Source: Candidatus Uhrbacteria bacterium (GTDB taxonomy: Bacteria; Patescibacteriota; Patescibacteriia; UBA9934; GWF2-40-263). From it: a stretch of 64,000 bases of DNA. Where the stretch lies: contig JBAXQK010000004.1 in assembly GCA_037131775.1 (NCBI GenBank), positions 11,054-75,053 on the forward strand, given 5' to 3'. The notes under the pieces were generated by a model. The model saw only the letters and a program-made list of their open reading frames with translations, ran no database searches and was not told the origin of the DNA. A program made the position numbers and the translations under genes. Below, one piece after another: positions 18,883 to 28,526 of this stretch (its first letter is position 1; every line of letters begins with the position of its first letter).

Positions 18883-19683
18883 TCAGATGCCGCGGAGGAT
18901 GTCGCGAACCGCTTCCACCCAGGCGATGTTCTCGTCGACGCGGTCGGTCATGCCGAACATACGGAGCTCGACCGTGCCGTGGCGGCTGACGCGGATGAGG
19001 TGCCAGCAGTTGCGGAGGTTCGCGGCGAACCCCTGTTCCTTGGCGACCGCGTCGAAGTGGTCCGGCGACTCGTAGATCGGCGGCTGCCAGTTGGTGGCCA
19101 TCATCTTGTACAGCCGGATGCGCTCGCCCACAGAGTGGTCGCCGAGAACGGCGAGCCTGTCGAGGTGCGGGACGAGGGCGTTGTGGACGGCGAGCGCCTC
19201 CTCGGCCGACGCGCACCCCACGTGGAAGTGGGTTCCGGTGACGCGGCAGGCCGCGGCGAGCACGTGGCCGGGGAGCGTCGCGACGATGTTCGCGTAGCGC
19301 TCGTCGTGGGGGTAGACGGTCAGAGGCATTTCGGCGGGCGCGACCTCGATCGCCGAGAGACGAAGGCCCAGGGATTCGGCGACGCGCGAGCCGCGGACGA
19401 TGCCGTTGCGAAGCGACGCGCGGATGTCGGCCAGCTCGAAGAGGGGATCGGTGCGGTGCTCGACCTGGCAGGCGGACAGCTCGTACGTCCAGGCCGGGTC
19501 GTTGATCGCGGCGAGGAAGTCGGGCGAGCGGGGGACGGGCGGGCCGTCCTCGTGCGTTCCCTCGAACCACGCAAGCAGGTGGTTCGGCTGGGTCAGGAAG
19601 AACTCGCGCTCCACGCCCATGTGGCCGCGGAGGGAAGGGTCGTAGTTGATGAGGGAGAGAAGGGTCGGGGTTTGGCTGGACAC
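18883..19683 (-). CDS. Carboxylate-amine ligase (GCS2/YbdK glutamate-cysteine ligase family)
   Basis: MGVEREFFL, YELSACQVE, GTHFHVG, GTVELRMF. Confidence 0.85.
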   Translation of the reverse strand: MSSQTPTLLSLINYDPSLRGHMGVEREFFLTQPNHLLAWFEGTHEDGPPVPRSPDFLAAINDPAWTYELSACQVEHRTDPLFELADIRASLRNGIVRGSRVAESLGLRLSAIEVAPAEMPLTVYPHDERYANIVATLPGHVLAAACRVTGTHFHVGCASAEEALAVHNALVPHLDRLAVLGDHSVGERIRLYKMMATNWQPPIYESPDHFDAVAKEQGFAANLRNCWHLIRVSRHGTVELRMFGMTDRVDENIAWVEAVRDILRGI

Positions 19684-19693
19684 GGTGAGACTC

Positions 19694-20002
19694 CTAGCGT
19701 TTTGTCTTGCGTTGCAGTACTTGAGCGAACCCGCCCTTGTCATTCGACAGCTCTCGCGAGCCGCGAGTGATTTTGGACAGGCTCACGCCGAGGGATTCGG
19801 CGATCTCCCGCTGGGGACGACCCTGTGAAAGCATTTTGACGATTCGCCAACGCAATGCCACGTCGCGATATTCGGCCGGAGTCAGCAGGTCGCGCAAAAA
19901 CTCTCGGAGCAGCGCCTTGCTCGGCGACACGGCCTGAAGGACGGAAACGACGTCGTCCATGAGCCGTTCGATCTGGTCGGTTGTGAGCTTTGTGTTGTTC
20001 AT
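19694..20002 (-). CDS. trpR: Trp repressor-family regulator
   Basis: LLTPAEY..RWRIVKML..PQREIAESLGVSLSKITRGSREL. Confidence 0.8.
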   Translation of the reverse strand: MNNTKLTTDQIERLMDDVVSVLQAVSPSKALLREFLRDLLTPAEYRDVALRWRIVKMLSQGRPQREIAESLGVSLSKITRGSRELSNDKGGFAQVLQRKTKR

Positions 20003-20020
20003 AGGGAGTGGATAAATCTG

Positions 20021-20040
20021 TGTACCTGTGCATAGAAACA
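20021..20040 (-). promoter_or_regulatory. Candidate TrpR operator just downstream of TTGACA-17-TAGAAT promoter
   Basis: TGTTTCTATGCACAGGTACA, imperfect palindrome with GTnn-N10-GTAC spacing. Confidence 0.4.
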
Positions 20041-20085
20041 TTCTATCCAATCGAAAATCCCCTGTCAAGCGCAGGGGATTTTTGC

Positions 20086-21093
20086 CTACGGAATCTGCGT
20101 CACGTACGCCATCAGGTACGTCCCGTCCTTCAGCCGGGTTACGGACGGGTCCTTTACGTACTCGGACTCGAGGGACGACGACGCGTCGAGGGCAAGGCGG
20201 ACGCCGGGGTCCGCTGTCCAGGTTGCGCCGTCCTTGGAGGAGAAGGAGCGGATGTCGGAATGCGTGAATCCGTACATGCGGTACCCGCCGTCGATTTGGA
20301 TCACGTTGGACATCACCATCTCCTTGCCGTCGATCGCGTATTGTTTGCGCGCCAATTCCGTGAATGCCTTTCCGTCCGCCGATGTCGCCTCGTACGACTG
20401 CGTGGTCTGTCCCGACAGGGTCATCATGTGCCAGGTGCTGCCGACGAGGTACGTGTTCGAGTCGAGCGCGGGCGGGTCGGCCTGGAAGGCGACCGCCTTC
20501 GTCGCGAATCGGATCCCGTCCGTCCCCTCGGAATAGAAGATCGCCGTCGTCCTCGTTCCGGGGATTCCGGACGTCGAGTACAGGCGGAACGTCCCGTCGT
20601 CGAGCAGGACGATGTCCGGGTCGCCGGAGTGCGCCATGCTGGACGAGCCGGAGAACTCAACGTTGTGAAACGACCATGTCGTGCCCTGGTCCTTTGAAAT
20701 TGCGACGCCCATCGCGTTGTTCTTCGTGCCCACCGTCCATCCCGAGAAGTAGAGGTACAGCGTTCCGTCGCCTGTCATCGCAAAGTCGGGCACGTTCGCC
20801 TGGTCGGAGACGATCTTGTTCGTCTTCGTAAACGAGAGGCCGTCCGCGGACGTCGCCGTCATGATCCGCCGCCGACCGGGAGTCTCGACCCCGGATGCCT
20901 CGTCTGCGCCGGTCGGCGGGACGTACGCTTCCGACGTCGCGGTAGGTTCCGTCGCCTGGACGGGCGTTGGACTCGTCGTCGATTCGACGCGGGCTGGCGG
21001 AAGCGACGGTCGTGCGAGTGGCTGCAGAGAGGAGGAACATCCGGATCCGACCAAAACGATTGCTGCGGCAATAAAGGAGAGGGTCATTTTCAT
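20086..21093 (-). CDS. Lipoprotein with beta-propeller (glycoside hydrolase/sialidase-like)
   Basis: Lipobox-like VGSGC; repeated SxDG.xF/W Asp boxes; DP motifs. Confidence 0.75.
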   Translation of the reverse strand: MKMTLSFIAAAIVLVGSGCSSSLQPLARPSLPPARVESTTSPTPVQATEPTATSEAYVPPTGADEASGVETPGRRRIMTATSADGLSFTKTNKIVSDQANVPDFAMTGDGTLYLYFSGWTVGTKNNAMGVAISKDQGTTWSFHNVEFSGSSSMAHSGDPDIVLLDDGTFRLYSTSGIPGTRTTAIFYSEGTDGIRFATKAVAFQADPPALDSNTYLVGSTWHMMTLSGQTTQSYEATSADGKAFTELARKQYAIDGKEMVMSNVIQIDGGYRMYGFTHSDIRSFSSKDGATWTADPGVRLALDASSSLESEYVKDPSVTRLKDGTYLMAYVTQIP

Positions 21094-21138
21094 ACCCGAC
21101 CAGTATAACAAAAATACTCCTCGAACGAGGAGTATTTT

Positions 21139-21213
21139 TGGAGCGGGAAACGGGGATCGAACCCGCGGCCTTCTCCTTGGCAAGGAGACGCTCTACCACT
21201 GAGCTATTCCCGC
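21139..21213 (-). tRNA. tRNA-Gly (GCC)
   Basis: GCGGGAA..TTGCCAA loop..TTCCCGC-T-CCA. Confidence 0.96.
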
Positions 21214-21261
21214 AGCTCTGCGACGGGAGGATATCACAGGGGGTCTTTGCGTGCAAGTTGG

Positions 21262-21699
21262 CTAGATTCCAACCACGGATTCTATGCGGTTTATGCGCCG
21301 GGTACACGCGGTCATGTCCGTGTCGAGACGCTTCGACCGCTCGCTTGTCTGCGCGAATCCGTCTCGGATTTCCGTTTCCATACGAACGAAATGGCTGTCT
21401 GTCGCCTCGAAACGCTTGTCTACCGCGTTAAATCGGTCGTCCATCTCATCGAAGCCCTGCTTGACGGCAGTGGCCAAATCGTCGATCGATTCTTCTAAGG
21501 CGTCGAACCGCGTATCCATCGCGTCGAACCGCATGTCTGCCGCGTCGAACCGCGTATCCATCGCGTCGAACCGCTTGTCTGCCGCGTCGAACCGAGCGTC
21601 CATCGTCTCGAACCGCGTGTCGACCGCCTCAAATTTCTCGTCCATGTGGACGAGTAGGAAATCAAGCTTTTGGTTGAGCTGCGCGAAGCTATCTTCCAT
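21262..21699 (-). CDS. Heptad-repeat coiled-coil protein (RFDAMDT repeats)
   Basis: Tandem 21-nt units at about 21500-21630. Confidence 0.7.
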   Translation of the reverse strand: MEDSFAQLNQKLDFLLVHMDEKFEAVDTRFETMDARFDAADKRFDAMDTRFDAADMRFDAMDTRFDALEESIDDLATAVKQGFDEMDDRFNAVDKRFEATDSHFVRMETEIRDGFAQTSERSKRLDTDMTACTRRINRIESVVGI

Positions 21700-21961
21700 A
21701 GTATGGGCGCTGCTCAAGTCTTAGAATCCTGTCTTCCAGACGGTCGTCGCGATGCAGTCCGGCCGCGAACCCGTCGATGTGGCGGGTGAGCTTCTCGAAG
21801 CTGTCATTCGCGAGCGAGAAGCCAAGGTCCATGTCGGAGTGTATCTCGTCGAAGTTGAACTCGAGCACGTCGGAGCGAAGCGTCAGGGTTTTTATGTCAT
21901 CCATTAGCGTTTCCACGTTCTTCGCCGTCTGAACGATCAGTTGTTTTGTTTCCTCGTCCAT
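21689..21961 (-). CDS. Small coiled-coil protein
   Basis: Ends LEDRILRLEQ; overlaps the next gene. Confidence 0.6.
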   Translation of the reverse strand: MDEETKQLIVQTAKNVETLMDDIKTLTLRSDVLEFNFDEIHSDMDLGFSLANDSFEKLTRHIDGFAAGLHRDDRLEDRILRLEQRPYYGR

Positions 21962-22033
21962 ATCGGTTCGATTATAACATGAATAATTCTGCAGGGAAGC
22001 CCCGCACCATGCGGTGCGGGGCGGGCCCCGTTT

Positions 22034-22237
22034 CTATGCTCCGGCGGCCTTGTTCTTGCCGTGCCGTGCCCAGTAGATGCCGGCGTTATTGCCGGCAACG
22101 TACTGCGCCTTGGCGGTGCCGATGATGAATTCGCGGAACCGGGAGATCCCATCGTCGTCGAGACCGACTTCCTCGGCGAGCGCGTTGATCTTGCCGACGA
22201 GCTGGACGAGCCAAAGGGGTTTCTTTTCTTCGGGCAT
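22034..22237 (-). CDS. Small hypothetical protein
   Basis: 67 aa, host codon use; followed by hairpin. Confidence 0.65.
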   Translation of the reverse strand: MPEEKKPLWLVQLVGKINALAEEVGLDDDGISRFREFIIGTAKAQYVAGNNAGIYWARHGKNKAAGA

Positions 22238-22247
22238 ATGGGTTGGG

Positions 22248-22409
22248 TTATGTTTGTTGAGAGGGTGAGGCCTCGTTCACGGCCTGCCGCAGAAGGTCTA
22301 CGACGTATTCGCCGAGCAGCGTGGCGACCGTGGACGAGACCCCGTAAGCGAATGCCTTGGTTTCAATGCGCCGCCTGAGCAGCGACGCGGAGAGCGCGCG
22401 TCTTTGCAT
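22248..22409 (-). CDS. Putative 53-aa protein not in the ORF track
   Basis: MQRRALSASLLRRRIETKAFAYGVSSTVATLLGEYVVDLLRQAVNEASPSQQT; fills the gap between two co-oriented genes. Confidence 0.45.
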   Translation of the reverse strand: MQRRALSASLLRRRIETKAFAYGVSSTVATLLGEYVVDLLRQAVNEASPSQQT

Positions 22410-25359
22410 AGAGTTTCCATGCGGGAATTAGCTTGCGCCCGCCGAGGGCGAGCAGGCTGAGCAGGGTTCCCGCGGTGATGACGCCCGCGGCCTGCTGGTC
22501 GCCCGATGCCTGGGCGGCCCTTCCGGTCGGGACGGTCGCGGCGGACGTTGCCGGAGTCGCGGCCTGAGTGACGGAGATGTCGTCGGGAGAGCGGGGAAGA
22601 AGCGTCAGCGTCCCGCCGGCGGCGACGAGAATCCCGGTCACCTCGACCGTCGTGCCCTTGGCGAATACGGACGCGTCGATTCCCGTTCCTTCTGCCACGC
22701 GGACGGCAATCTGCGCTCCGTGGTCCTCGAGCGTGGCGTGCGACCCGGATCGGACCAAGACGATTCCGGCGACGCGCAGCAGCCTGCCGTGGTCCTCTTC
22801 AGAAATGTCCGCGATCGACGTCGGCTCGGCGGCCTCCGGCTCGGCGGAACTCACGATGGAGATCGAGTCTTTTTTTCCGACCTTCAGCCGCTCCTCGCCG
22901 TGGGCTTCCGACGTCGTTCCCGTGATCGTCACCACGTCTCCCTCCTTTAAGTCCGGGAAGTCCGCGTCATTCTTATAAACCTGGACCCCTCCGTCGCCGT
23001 CGTCCACGTAGAAGATCTGCTTTCCGAGCACGCCCGGCGCGACGAGAACGGTTCCGCTAACCCGCGAGTGGCTCACGCTCCCGCCAGAAGAGGATGCTGG
23101 GGCCATTGGGGCGGAAGGGGTCGCAGTGACGCCTGCCGAAACAGCGCCCGGTTTAGCTCCCGTAACGTTCCCCGACCAAACCCACTTGGAATCCTGAAGT
23201 CGGAGGATAGAGCCGATGGGGGGCGAGTCATAGGAGATGGAATCAATGAGCGTGCCATCCGGCGCGGAAAGCGCGACGGAGTCGCTCGTGTTGTTAAGGA
23301 CGATCTTCGTTGTCGCGCGGAACAGGGTGAGGGTCGCGCCGGGCTCGATTTGCATCGGGGAACTCGGCGAGAACGTCTTGCCGGACGCGTCCGTGACGCT
23401 CCAGCCTTGGAGGTCGACGACGGCGGTTCCGAAGTTCTCGATCGCAATGAACTCCTCTGCCGAGTCGTCGCCGGTTGCGTTCGGATAGATCTCGTGGAGA
23501 CGGAGCGTCGTCGGGCCGGGGAGCTCCACGAAGGTCGGTTCGACTGCCGGCTCGATTGTCGGCATGGGCGTCGTGCTCGAGGCGGTTGGAATCGTCGGCT
23601 GGTCGACGACGGGTTGTGGGTTTGAGTCTGAGTTGTTGCTCGTTTGGGGTGCAGGCTCGACGGTCTCGGCGACGGCGGACGGAACGGTCGCGTCCTCCGC
23701 GTCGAACCGGTTCTCGGCGCCAGGCGTCAGGGCGCTCGTGACGGACCATGCGCCGTCGGCGTTCCTGGCAAGCGCGTTCGGCTTCTTTGGGATCGTCTCG
23801 CCGCCGGTTCCGTAGGCGACCGCGTCCACGACGGACCCGCTCGGGTCGACGAGCTCGATCGTGTCGCCGTCGTTGTTCAGCTTGCCGGACGGATTCGTCA
23901 CGACCGCGAACTGTCCGAGACCGAGCAGCTGGTCCGGAAGCGCGGTCGCCTTCCGCGTGGCGTCGCGCACCGTCCATCCGGAAAGGTCGATCACGTTGTT
24001 GAACGGGTTGAGGATCTCGATCCACTCGGCCGTCGCGTCGGAGACGAACTCGTTGAGGAGAAGGGTTCTGGAAGGGAAGGAGGAGACGATCGGAGTGATC
24101 GAGACCATTTGGATTGGGGTTGTCTCGGACGGCACGATGGTTGGCGTCTCGATCCGTTCGGTTGTCACGTTGGAAATCGTCGAAAGTGAGGACGTTCCCT
24201 CCGGCGTTTCCCCTCCTTCGTTCAAGGAGGGGGTAGGGGTGGTCATCGGGATGGCAATCTCCTCGGCCGCGGACAACGATGCCTCGACGCGGATTTCGAC
24301 GATTGTCTCGGGAACGATGTCGACGATCTCGACGGGTTGTTCCGCGACGATCTCGACGGGATCGCTGGCCGCCACCGTTTCCTCGATCGTCGGGGCTGTT
24401 TCGATCAAGGGGGTCTCCGTGCTTGCCATCATTGGCCCGGTCGTTGAGACGATGACGTCCGGCTCTGCATTCGGCGGCATGTCCGTGACGGCAGGATCCG
24501 TGCTGGCTGGGGCTGGTTCCGATGTCGGCGCGGGAACAGCGTCGGCCATTGCCATCGTCGCATTCTCGACGACCACCCCTGACCCCTCCTGCCTATCAGG
24601 AGGGGAAACGAGTTCGGGAGGCGTTTCGGTTTCGACGATCAGTGACGATTCAGTCGCGGGCGTGGGTTCTAACGCAACGATAGGTGTCGCGTCGGGCATG
24701 GGTGTCGATTCCGACGCGACGACCGGGGCCGGCACGAACCAGTTCTCGATAACGCCCGGCGTTCCCACGTCCGTCGTCCCGGCGTCGAACCCTTCCGATC
24801 TCGTCGCGGTCTCCCAGGACGTGGCAGCCGTTCCGTCCGCTACGGGAGCGAGTCGAACCATGGAGGCAAATCCGATTCCAGGAGATGCAGTTCCTCCTCC
24901 AACTCTTCCTGCCAGGGGAGTGCTCCCGGATCCGGCAGCGTCGCGGACGGTCCCACTGGCATCGACGAGACCGAGAGCCAGAGCAGCGTTGGATAGGGAG
25001 ACGGAGACGGTAACGTAATCCGGAGCGCGGGCAAGGGAGGACTTTGCATTGGATTGGTCATAATTAGAAATGAGAAAGGTGGAATGAGGCGGGATGGACT
25101 TTCCGGCCGGGATCGCGAGCGACCCGCCGCTCGACGCGGCGCCGGTGACCGTCCATCCGGAAAGGTCGATCGCGTCGTCCGTGAGGTTCGTGAGCTCGAG
25201 CCACTCGTCGACGGTCGACAGCGACGATCCGGCCCAGCCGATTTCCGAGACGATGATCGTCGGGGTAGAAAGCGTCGCGGCGCGTGACGCGAGCGGCATC
25301 GCGATGAGCGTCGCCGCGGTTCCGGCAGCGAGAAACAACCGTCCTATGTGTGCGTTCAT
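22363..25359 (-). CDS. Large exported protein with three lamin-tail domains, OB folds and C-terminal TM
   Basis: SEIGW..EWLELTN, LLNEFV..EWIEILN, LHEIYPN..EFIAIEN; Pro/Thr linkers; LLPRSPDDI. Confidence 0.85.
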   Translation of the reverse strand: MNAHIGRLFLAAGTAATLIAMPLASRAATLSTPTIIVSEIGWAGSSLSTVDEWLELTNLTDDAIDLSGWTVTGAASSGGSLAIPAGKSIPPHSTFLISNYDQSNAKSSLARAPDYVTVSVSLSNAALALGLVDASGTVRDAAGSGSTPLAGRVGGGTASPGIGFASMVRLAPVADGTAATSWETATRSEGFDAGTTDVGTPGVIENWFVPAPVVASESTPMPDATPIVALEPTPATESSLIVETETPPELVSPPDRQEGSGVVVENATMAMADAVPAPTSEPAPASTDPAVTDMPPNAEPDVIVSTTGPMMASTETPLIETAPTIEETVAASDPVEIVAEQPVEIVDIVPETIVEIRVEASLSAAEEIAIPMTTPTPSLNEGGETPEGTSSLSTISNVTTERIETPTIVPSETTPIQMVSITPIVSSFPSRTLLLNEFVSDATAEWIEILNPFNNVIDLSGWTVRDATRKATALPDQLLGLGQFAVVTNPSGKLNNDGDTIELVDPSGSVVDAVAYGTGGETIPKKPNALARNADGAWSVTSALTPGAENRFDAEDATVPSAVAETVEPAPQTSNNSDSNPQPVVDQPTIPTASSTTPMPTIEPAVEPTFVELPGPTTLRLHEIYPNATGDDSAEEFIAIENFGTAVVDLQGWSVTDASGKTFSPSSPMQIEPGATLTLFRATTKIVLNNTSDSVALSAPDGTLIDSISYDSPPIGSILRLQDSKWVWSGNVTGAKPGAVSAGVTATPSAPMAPASSSGGSVSHSRVSGTVLVAPGVLGKQIFYVDDGDGGVQVYKNDADFPDLKEGDVVTITGTTSEAHGEERLKVGKKDSISIVSSAEPEAAEPTSIADISEEDHGRLLRVAGIVLVRSGSHATLEDHGAQIAVRVAEGTGIDASVFAKGTTVEVTGILVAAGGTLTLLPRSPDDISVTQAATPATSAATVPTGRAAQASGDQQAAGVITAGTLLSLLALGGRKLIPAWKLYAKTRALRVAAQAAH

Positions 25360-25540
25360 AGAAGTTTTTTCGGTTCGATTGAGTGAGTCTCCGCCGGCCG
25401 GCGAATAAAAATCCCCCGCCCGATTGCAATCGGGAGAGGGACTTATCTTGTTTCCATTACATCAAAAAAAAGTGATTTTGTCAACGGGTTTCATGTGGAT
25501 AAATTGTATTGCGCGCCATTTTCCGGTACGATCTTCGCAC

Positions 25541-25624
25541 GCCGAGGTGGTGAAATGGCAGACACGCCAGCCTTAGGAGCTGGTGGAGCAATCCGTGCGG
25601 GTTCGAGTCCCGCCCCCGGCACCA
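25541..25624 (+). tRNA. tRNA-Leu (TAG)
   Basis: GCCGAGG..CTTAGGA loop..TTCGAGT..CCA. Confidence 0.95.
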
Positions 25625-25704
25625 GGATATTGAAAAAAATTTTGAAAACCAACCGTATGAACCTGCGCTCGCCGATGTTTCCGAGAAGCATGGAGGGACG
25701 AAAT

Positions 25705-26748
25705 ATGGATGTTCAGGTTATTCGTGTGGACCGGCCCGACGCGATCAACCTGCAGGCGTTGTCGCAGGAGTTCGTCGACCTTCTTGCTTCCGGTCGCGAG
25801 GGATTGTCCCGTGTTCCGGAAGCGCGCATGCAAAACCACATCCTTCGCGGTCTGCTGTCCAAGCAGATATACGCGAACATGTTTTTTTCCGCATGGAAGC
25901 AGGCGGGCGGGGTCTATGCCGACGCGAACAACGTGCTGAACGTCAGCTCCTATGATCGATATCAGGGAAAATTCGTCGAGGAGAACGCGACCGTCTACAT
26001 GAGACGCGTTGAGACTGGCATAAGAAATATGGTCGACGTCGTGGCCGAGCGACAAAAACTCGCGCAAAATCTTCCGCCGGGGATCTGCCGCTATTGGGGA
26101 ACAAACGACGTGGCCGACGCACACAGTCAGGTCGACCTCTTTGAGATTGACTCCATGAACGACGCGAACGACGTGCCCATGTCCATCGAGCGGGTCGCGC
26201 TGATCCAGGCGAAGTCTCCGGGGGTCAACGCGACGCCGAGGGACATTGCCAGCAGCGAAGACGCCCACCAGAAATTCATCGAGTCGATCGGCGATTACCG
26301 TAGGGAAGAGGATACTCGAGTTCGACGCATTGCCGATCGTTTGCTTCCTTTGAACGCGCTTGGACTTCCGCCGCTCCACGAAGATTTTTTCGACTTGGTC
26401 CTTAGGCCGAATACGCAGGTTGTGGACATCGCGAACCATGCGGGCGCGATGTCCCACGCGGATCAATTGATCCTGTCCGCGCTTTGCGCACGGACGGAAC
26501 GAATGCGGGAATACGCGCAAATTTTCGACATTCCTGAGCAGGGACTTTTGAACGCGGAGACGCTGTCCAGGGCGTATCTTGGACAGAACCCGCTGACAGT
26601 AGAGCGGGCGCGCCAGGCGGGGATTGAAAGCGGGCCGCGAATATTTTCCACGACGCGATTCGAATCCCTCTTCATGTCGGGGAAAACGGTCGTTAACACG
26701 AGGGTTCTGAACGCGGGCCAGGGGAGGCTCTTGACAGACTTACCATAA
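25705..26748 (+). CDS. Hypothetical protein, possible PD-(D/E)xK fold
   Basis: D..QVDLF..LIQAKS; GGAGG RBS. Confidence 0.6.
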   Translation: MDVQVIRVDRPDAINLQALSQEFVDLLASGREGLSRVPEARMQNHILRGLLSKQIYANMFFSAWKQAGGVYADANNVLNVSSYDRYQGKFVEENATVYMRRVETGIRNMVDVVAERQKLAQNLPPGICRYWGTNDVADAHSQVDLFEIDSMNDANDVPMSIERVALIQAKSPGVNATPRDIASSEDAHQKFIESIGDYRREEDTRVRRIADRLLPLNALGLPPLHEDFFDLVLRPNTQVVDIANHAGAMSHADQLILSALCARTERMREYAQIFDIPEQGLLNAETLSRAYLGQNPLTVERARQAGIESGPRIFSTTRFESLFMSGKTVVNTRVLNAGQGRLLTDLP

Positions 26749-26787
26749 TAGCTATTATGAGCACGCAACAAACGCAGGGAGGAAGCA

Positions 26788-27059
26788 TGGCTTCACAAGT
26801 AATACCACAGGTCGTTCAGGACGCAATGCTCGAGCTTGGAGTCGTTCCGCTCTCGGGAGACCTTGATTCCGACGTCGACCTCGCGCAGGCAATCGACCTG
26901 TCGCTGGATCGGTTCGGGCTTGTCATGCAGTTCGCGCTGTCGCCCGCGTGCGAGGACATCGTAGCCAAGGTTCGCGCGAAAACGATCGAGCGGAAAGCGT
27001 TCTGGCACGACGTGTTCGAGCGCTACCAGGCCGTCCAAACCTCCCCGTCCCCCTCATGA
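26788..27059 (+). CDS. Hypothetical protein
   Basis: GGAGG RBS; terminator at about 27059-27082. Confidence 0.55.
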
Positions 27060-27131
27060 CCGTCGTTTCGACGGTCTTTTTCTTGCCAAACCGAGCCTCG
27101 ACCGATAGGATCCACACGGAGGTACGGAAAC

Positions 27132-28460
27132 ATGGGAGATCGAATCGTGCTGAAGTTCGGCGGAACCTCGATGGGGACGGCGGAGGCCATGCGGAAGGCG
27201 AGCGCGATCGTGCGCGCTGTCGACGGCGATGCCGTCGTGGTGGTGTCGGCGGTGTCCGGGACCACGGACGCGCTCATCGCGCTCGGGGAGCTGGCGCTGT
27301 CCGGCGGCCGCTGGCAGGGTGCGCTTGACCGGCTGATGGCCCGGCACGCGACCATCGTCGTCGAGCTTGGCATGAGCCTGGACCTGTCCGAGTTTTGGGC
27401 GGAAATCGAGAGGATCTGCCAGGGGGTGGAGATGCTCGGCGAGCTTTCGACCGCCACGAAAGACCGGTTGCACGGGTTCGGCGAGCGGATGAGCGCGACG
27501 ATCTTCGCCGAGCTTCTCCTTGCCGACGGCGCGCGCGCCCAGGCGACCGACGCATTCCGTCTCATCGCGACCGACGACCAGTTCGGTTCCGCGAGCGTCG
27601 ACTTCGCGACGACCAATGCGCGCGCGGCCGCCATCCTTTTCCCGATGCTCTCCGAGTCGGCGATCCCGGTCGTAACCGGCTTCATCGGGCAGTCCGCGTC
27701 GGGCAAATATTCGACGCTCGGACGCGGCGGAAGCGACTACAGCGCGGCGATCGTCGCGGCCGCCGTGGACGCGACCGAGCTGCAGATCTGGACGGACGTG
27801 GACGGGATGTTCACGGCCGACCCAAACGTGATCTCGTCGGCGACCGCGCTCCCGCACCTTTCGTATCTGGAGGCGGGGGAGCTCGCGTATTTCGGCGCGA
27901 AGGTCGTGCACCCGAAGACGATCGTTCCCGCGATCGAGAAGGGCATCCCGGTGCGCGTCCTCAACACGTTCAACCCCGAGGCGCCGGGAACGCTCATCAC
28001 GAGCGAGGCGCGGCCGTCGATCAAGTCGGTCACGTCGAAGAAGAAGGGCATCACGGTCATCAGCGTGGTGTCGCTCGGCATGCTCGGCGCGCACGGGTTT
28101 CTCGCCAGGATCTTCGAGACCTTCGCGCGGCACGAGGTGGTCGTGGACGTTGTCTCGACCTCGGAGGTCAGCGTGTCCGTGACCGTCGACCGCGCCGTCC
28201 CGCAGGGACTCCTCGACGACTTGCGCGCGTTCGCGACCGTCGAGGTCGAGCCCGGCATGGCGATCGTCTGCATCGTGGGCGACGGGATCCGCACGCAGCC
28301 CGACGTGCTCGCGAGGCTGTTCGCCGCGGTCGGCTCCATCCCGGTCAGTATGGTGTCGCAGGGCGCCTCCAAGCGAAGCGTCACGTTCGTCGTCGCGGAG
28401 ACGGACGCGAACGAGGCGGTCCGCCGCGTCTTCGAGGCATTCTTTCTCGGGCAACCTTAG
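27132..28460 (+). CDS. lysC: Aspartate kinase
   Basis: LKFGGTS, VVVSA, TLGRGGSDYSA, IWTDVDG, ACT domains. Confidence 0.95.
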   Translation: MGDRIVLKFGGTSMGTAEAMRKASAIVRAVDGDAVVVVSAVSGTTDALIALGELALSGGRWQGALDRLMARHATIVVELGMSLDLSEFWAEIERICQGVEMLGELSTATKDRLHGFGERMSATIFAELLLADGARAQATDAFRLIATDDQFGSASVDFATTNARAAAILFPMLSESAIPVVTGFIGQSASGKYSTLGRGGSDYSAAIVAAAVDATELQIWTDVDGMFTADPNVISSATALPHLSYLEAGELAYFGAKVVHPKTIVPAIEKGIPVRVLNTFNPEAPGTLITSEARPSIKSVTSKKKGITVISVVSLGMLGAHGFLARIFETFARHEVVVDVVSTSEVSVSVTVDRAVPQGLLDDLRAFATVEVEPGMAIVCIVGDGIRTQPDVLARLFAAVGSIPVSMVSQGASKRSVTFVVAETDANEAVRRVFEAFFLGQP

Positions 28461-28526
28461 CGGGTTGCCTTTTTTCGTCCCGTCGACTATCATCCCGCCA
28501 CACCCAACTGCCTTAGGAGACATCTC

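Noticed and set aside
21480-21640. Possible CRISPR array (also 61215-61370)
   Set aside because: In-frame 21-nt coding repeats with no unique spacers; no cas genes in the window.
22267-22343. SRP RNA (AGGTC..AGCAGC on the plus strand)
   Set aside because: Lacks the GNRA-capped domain IV stem, and pairing favours the other strand.
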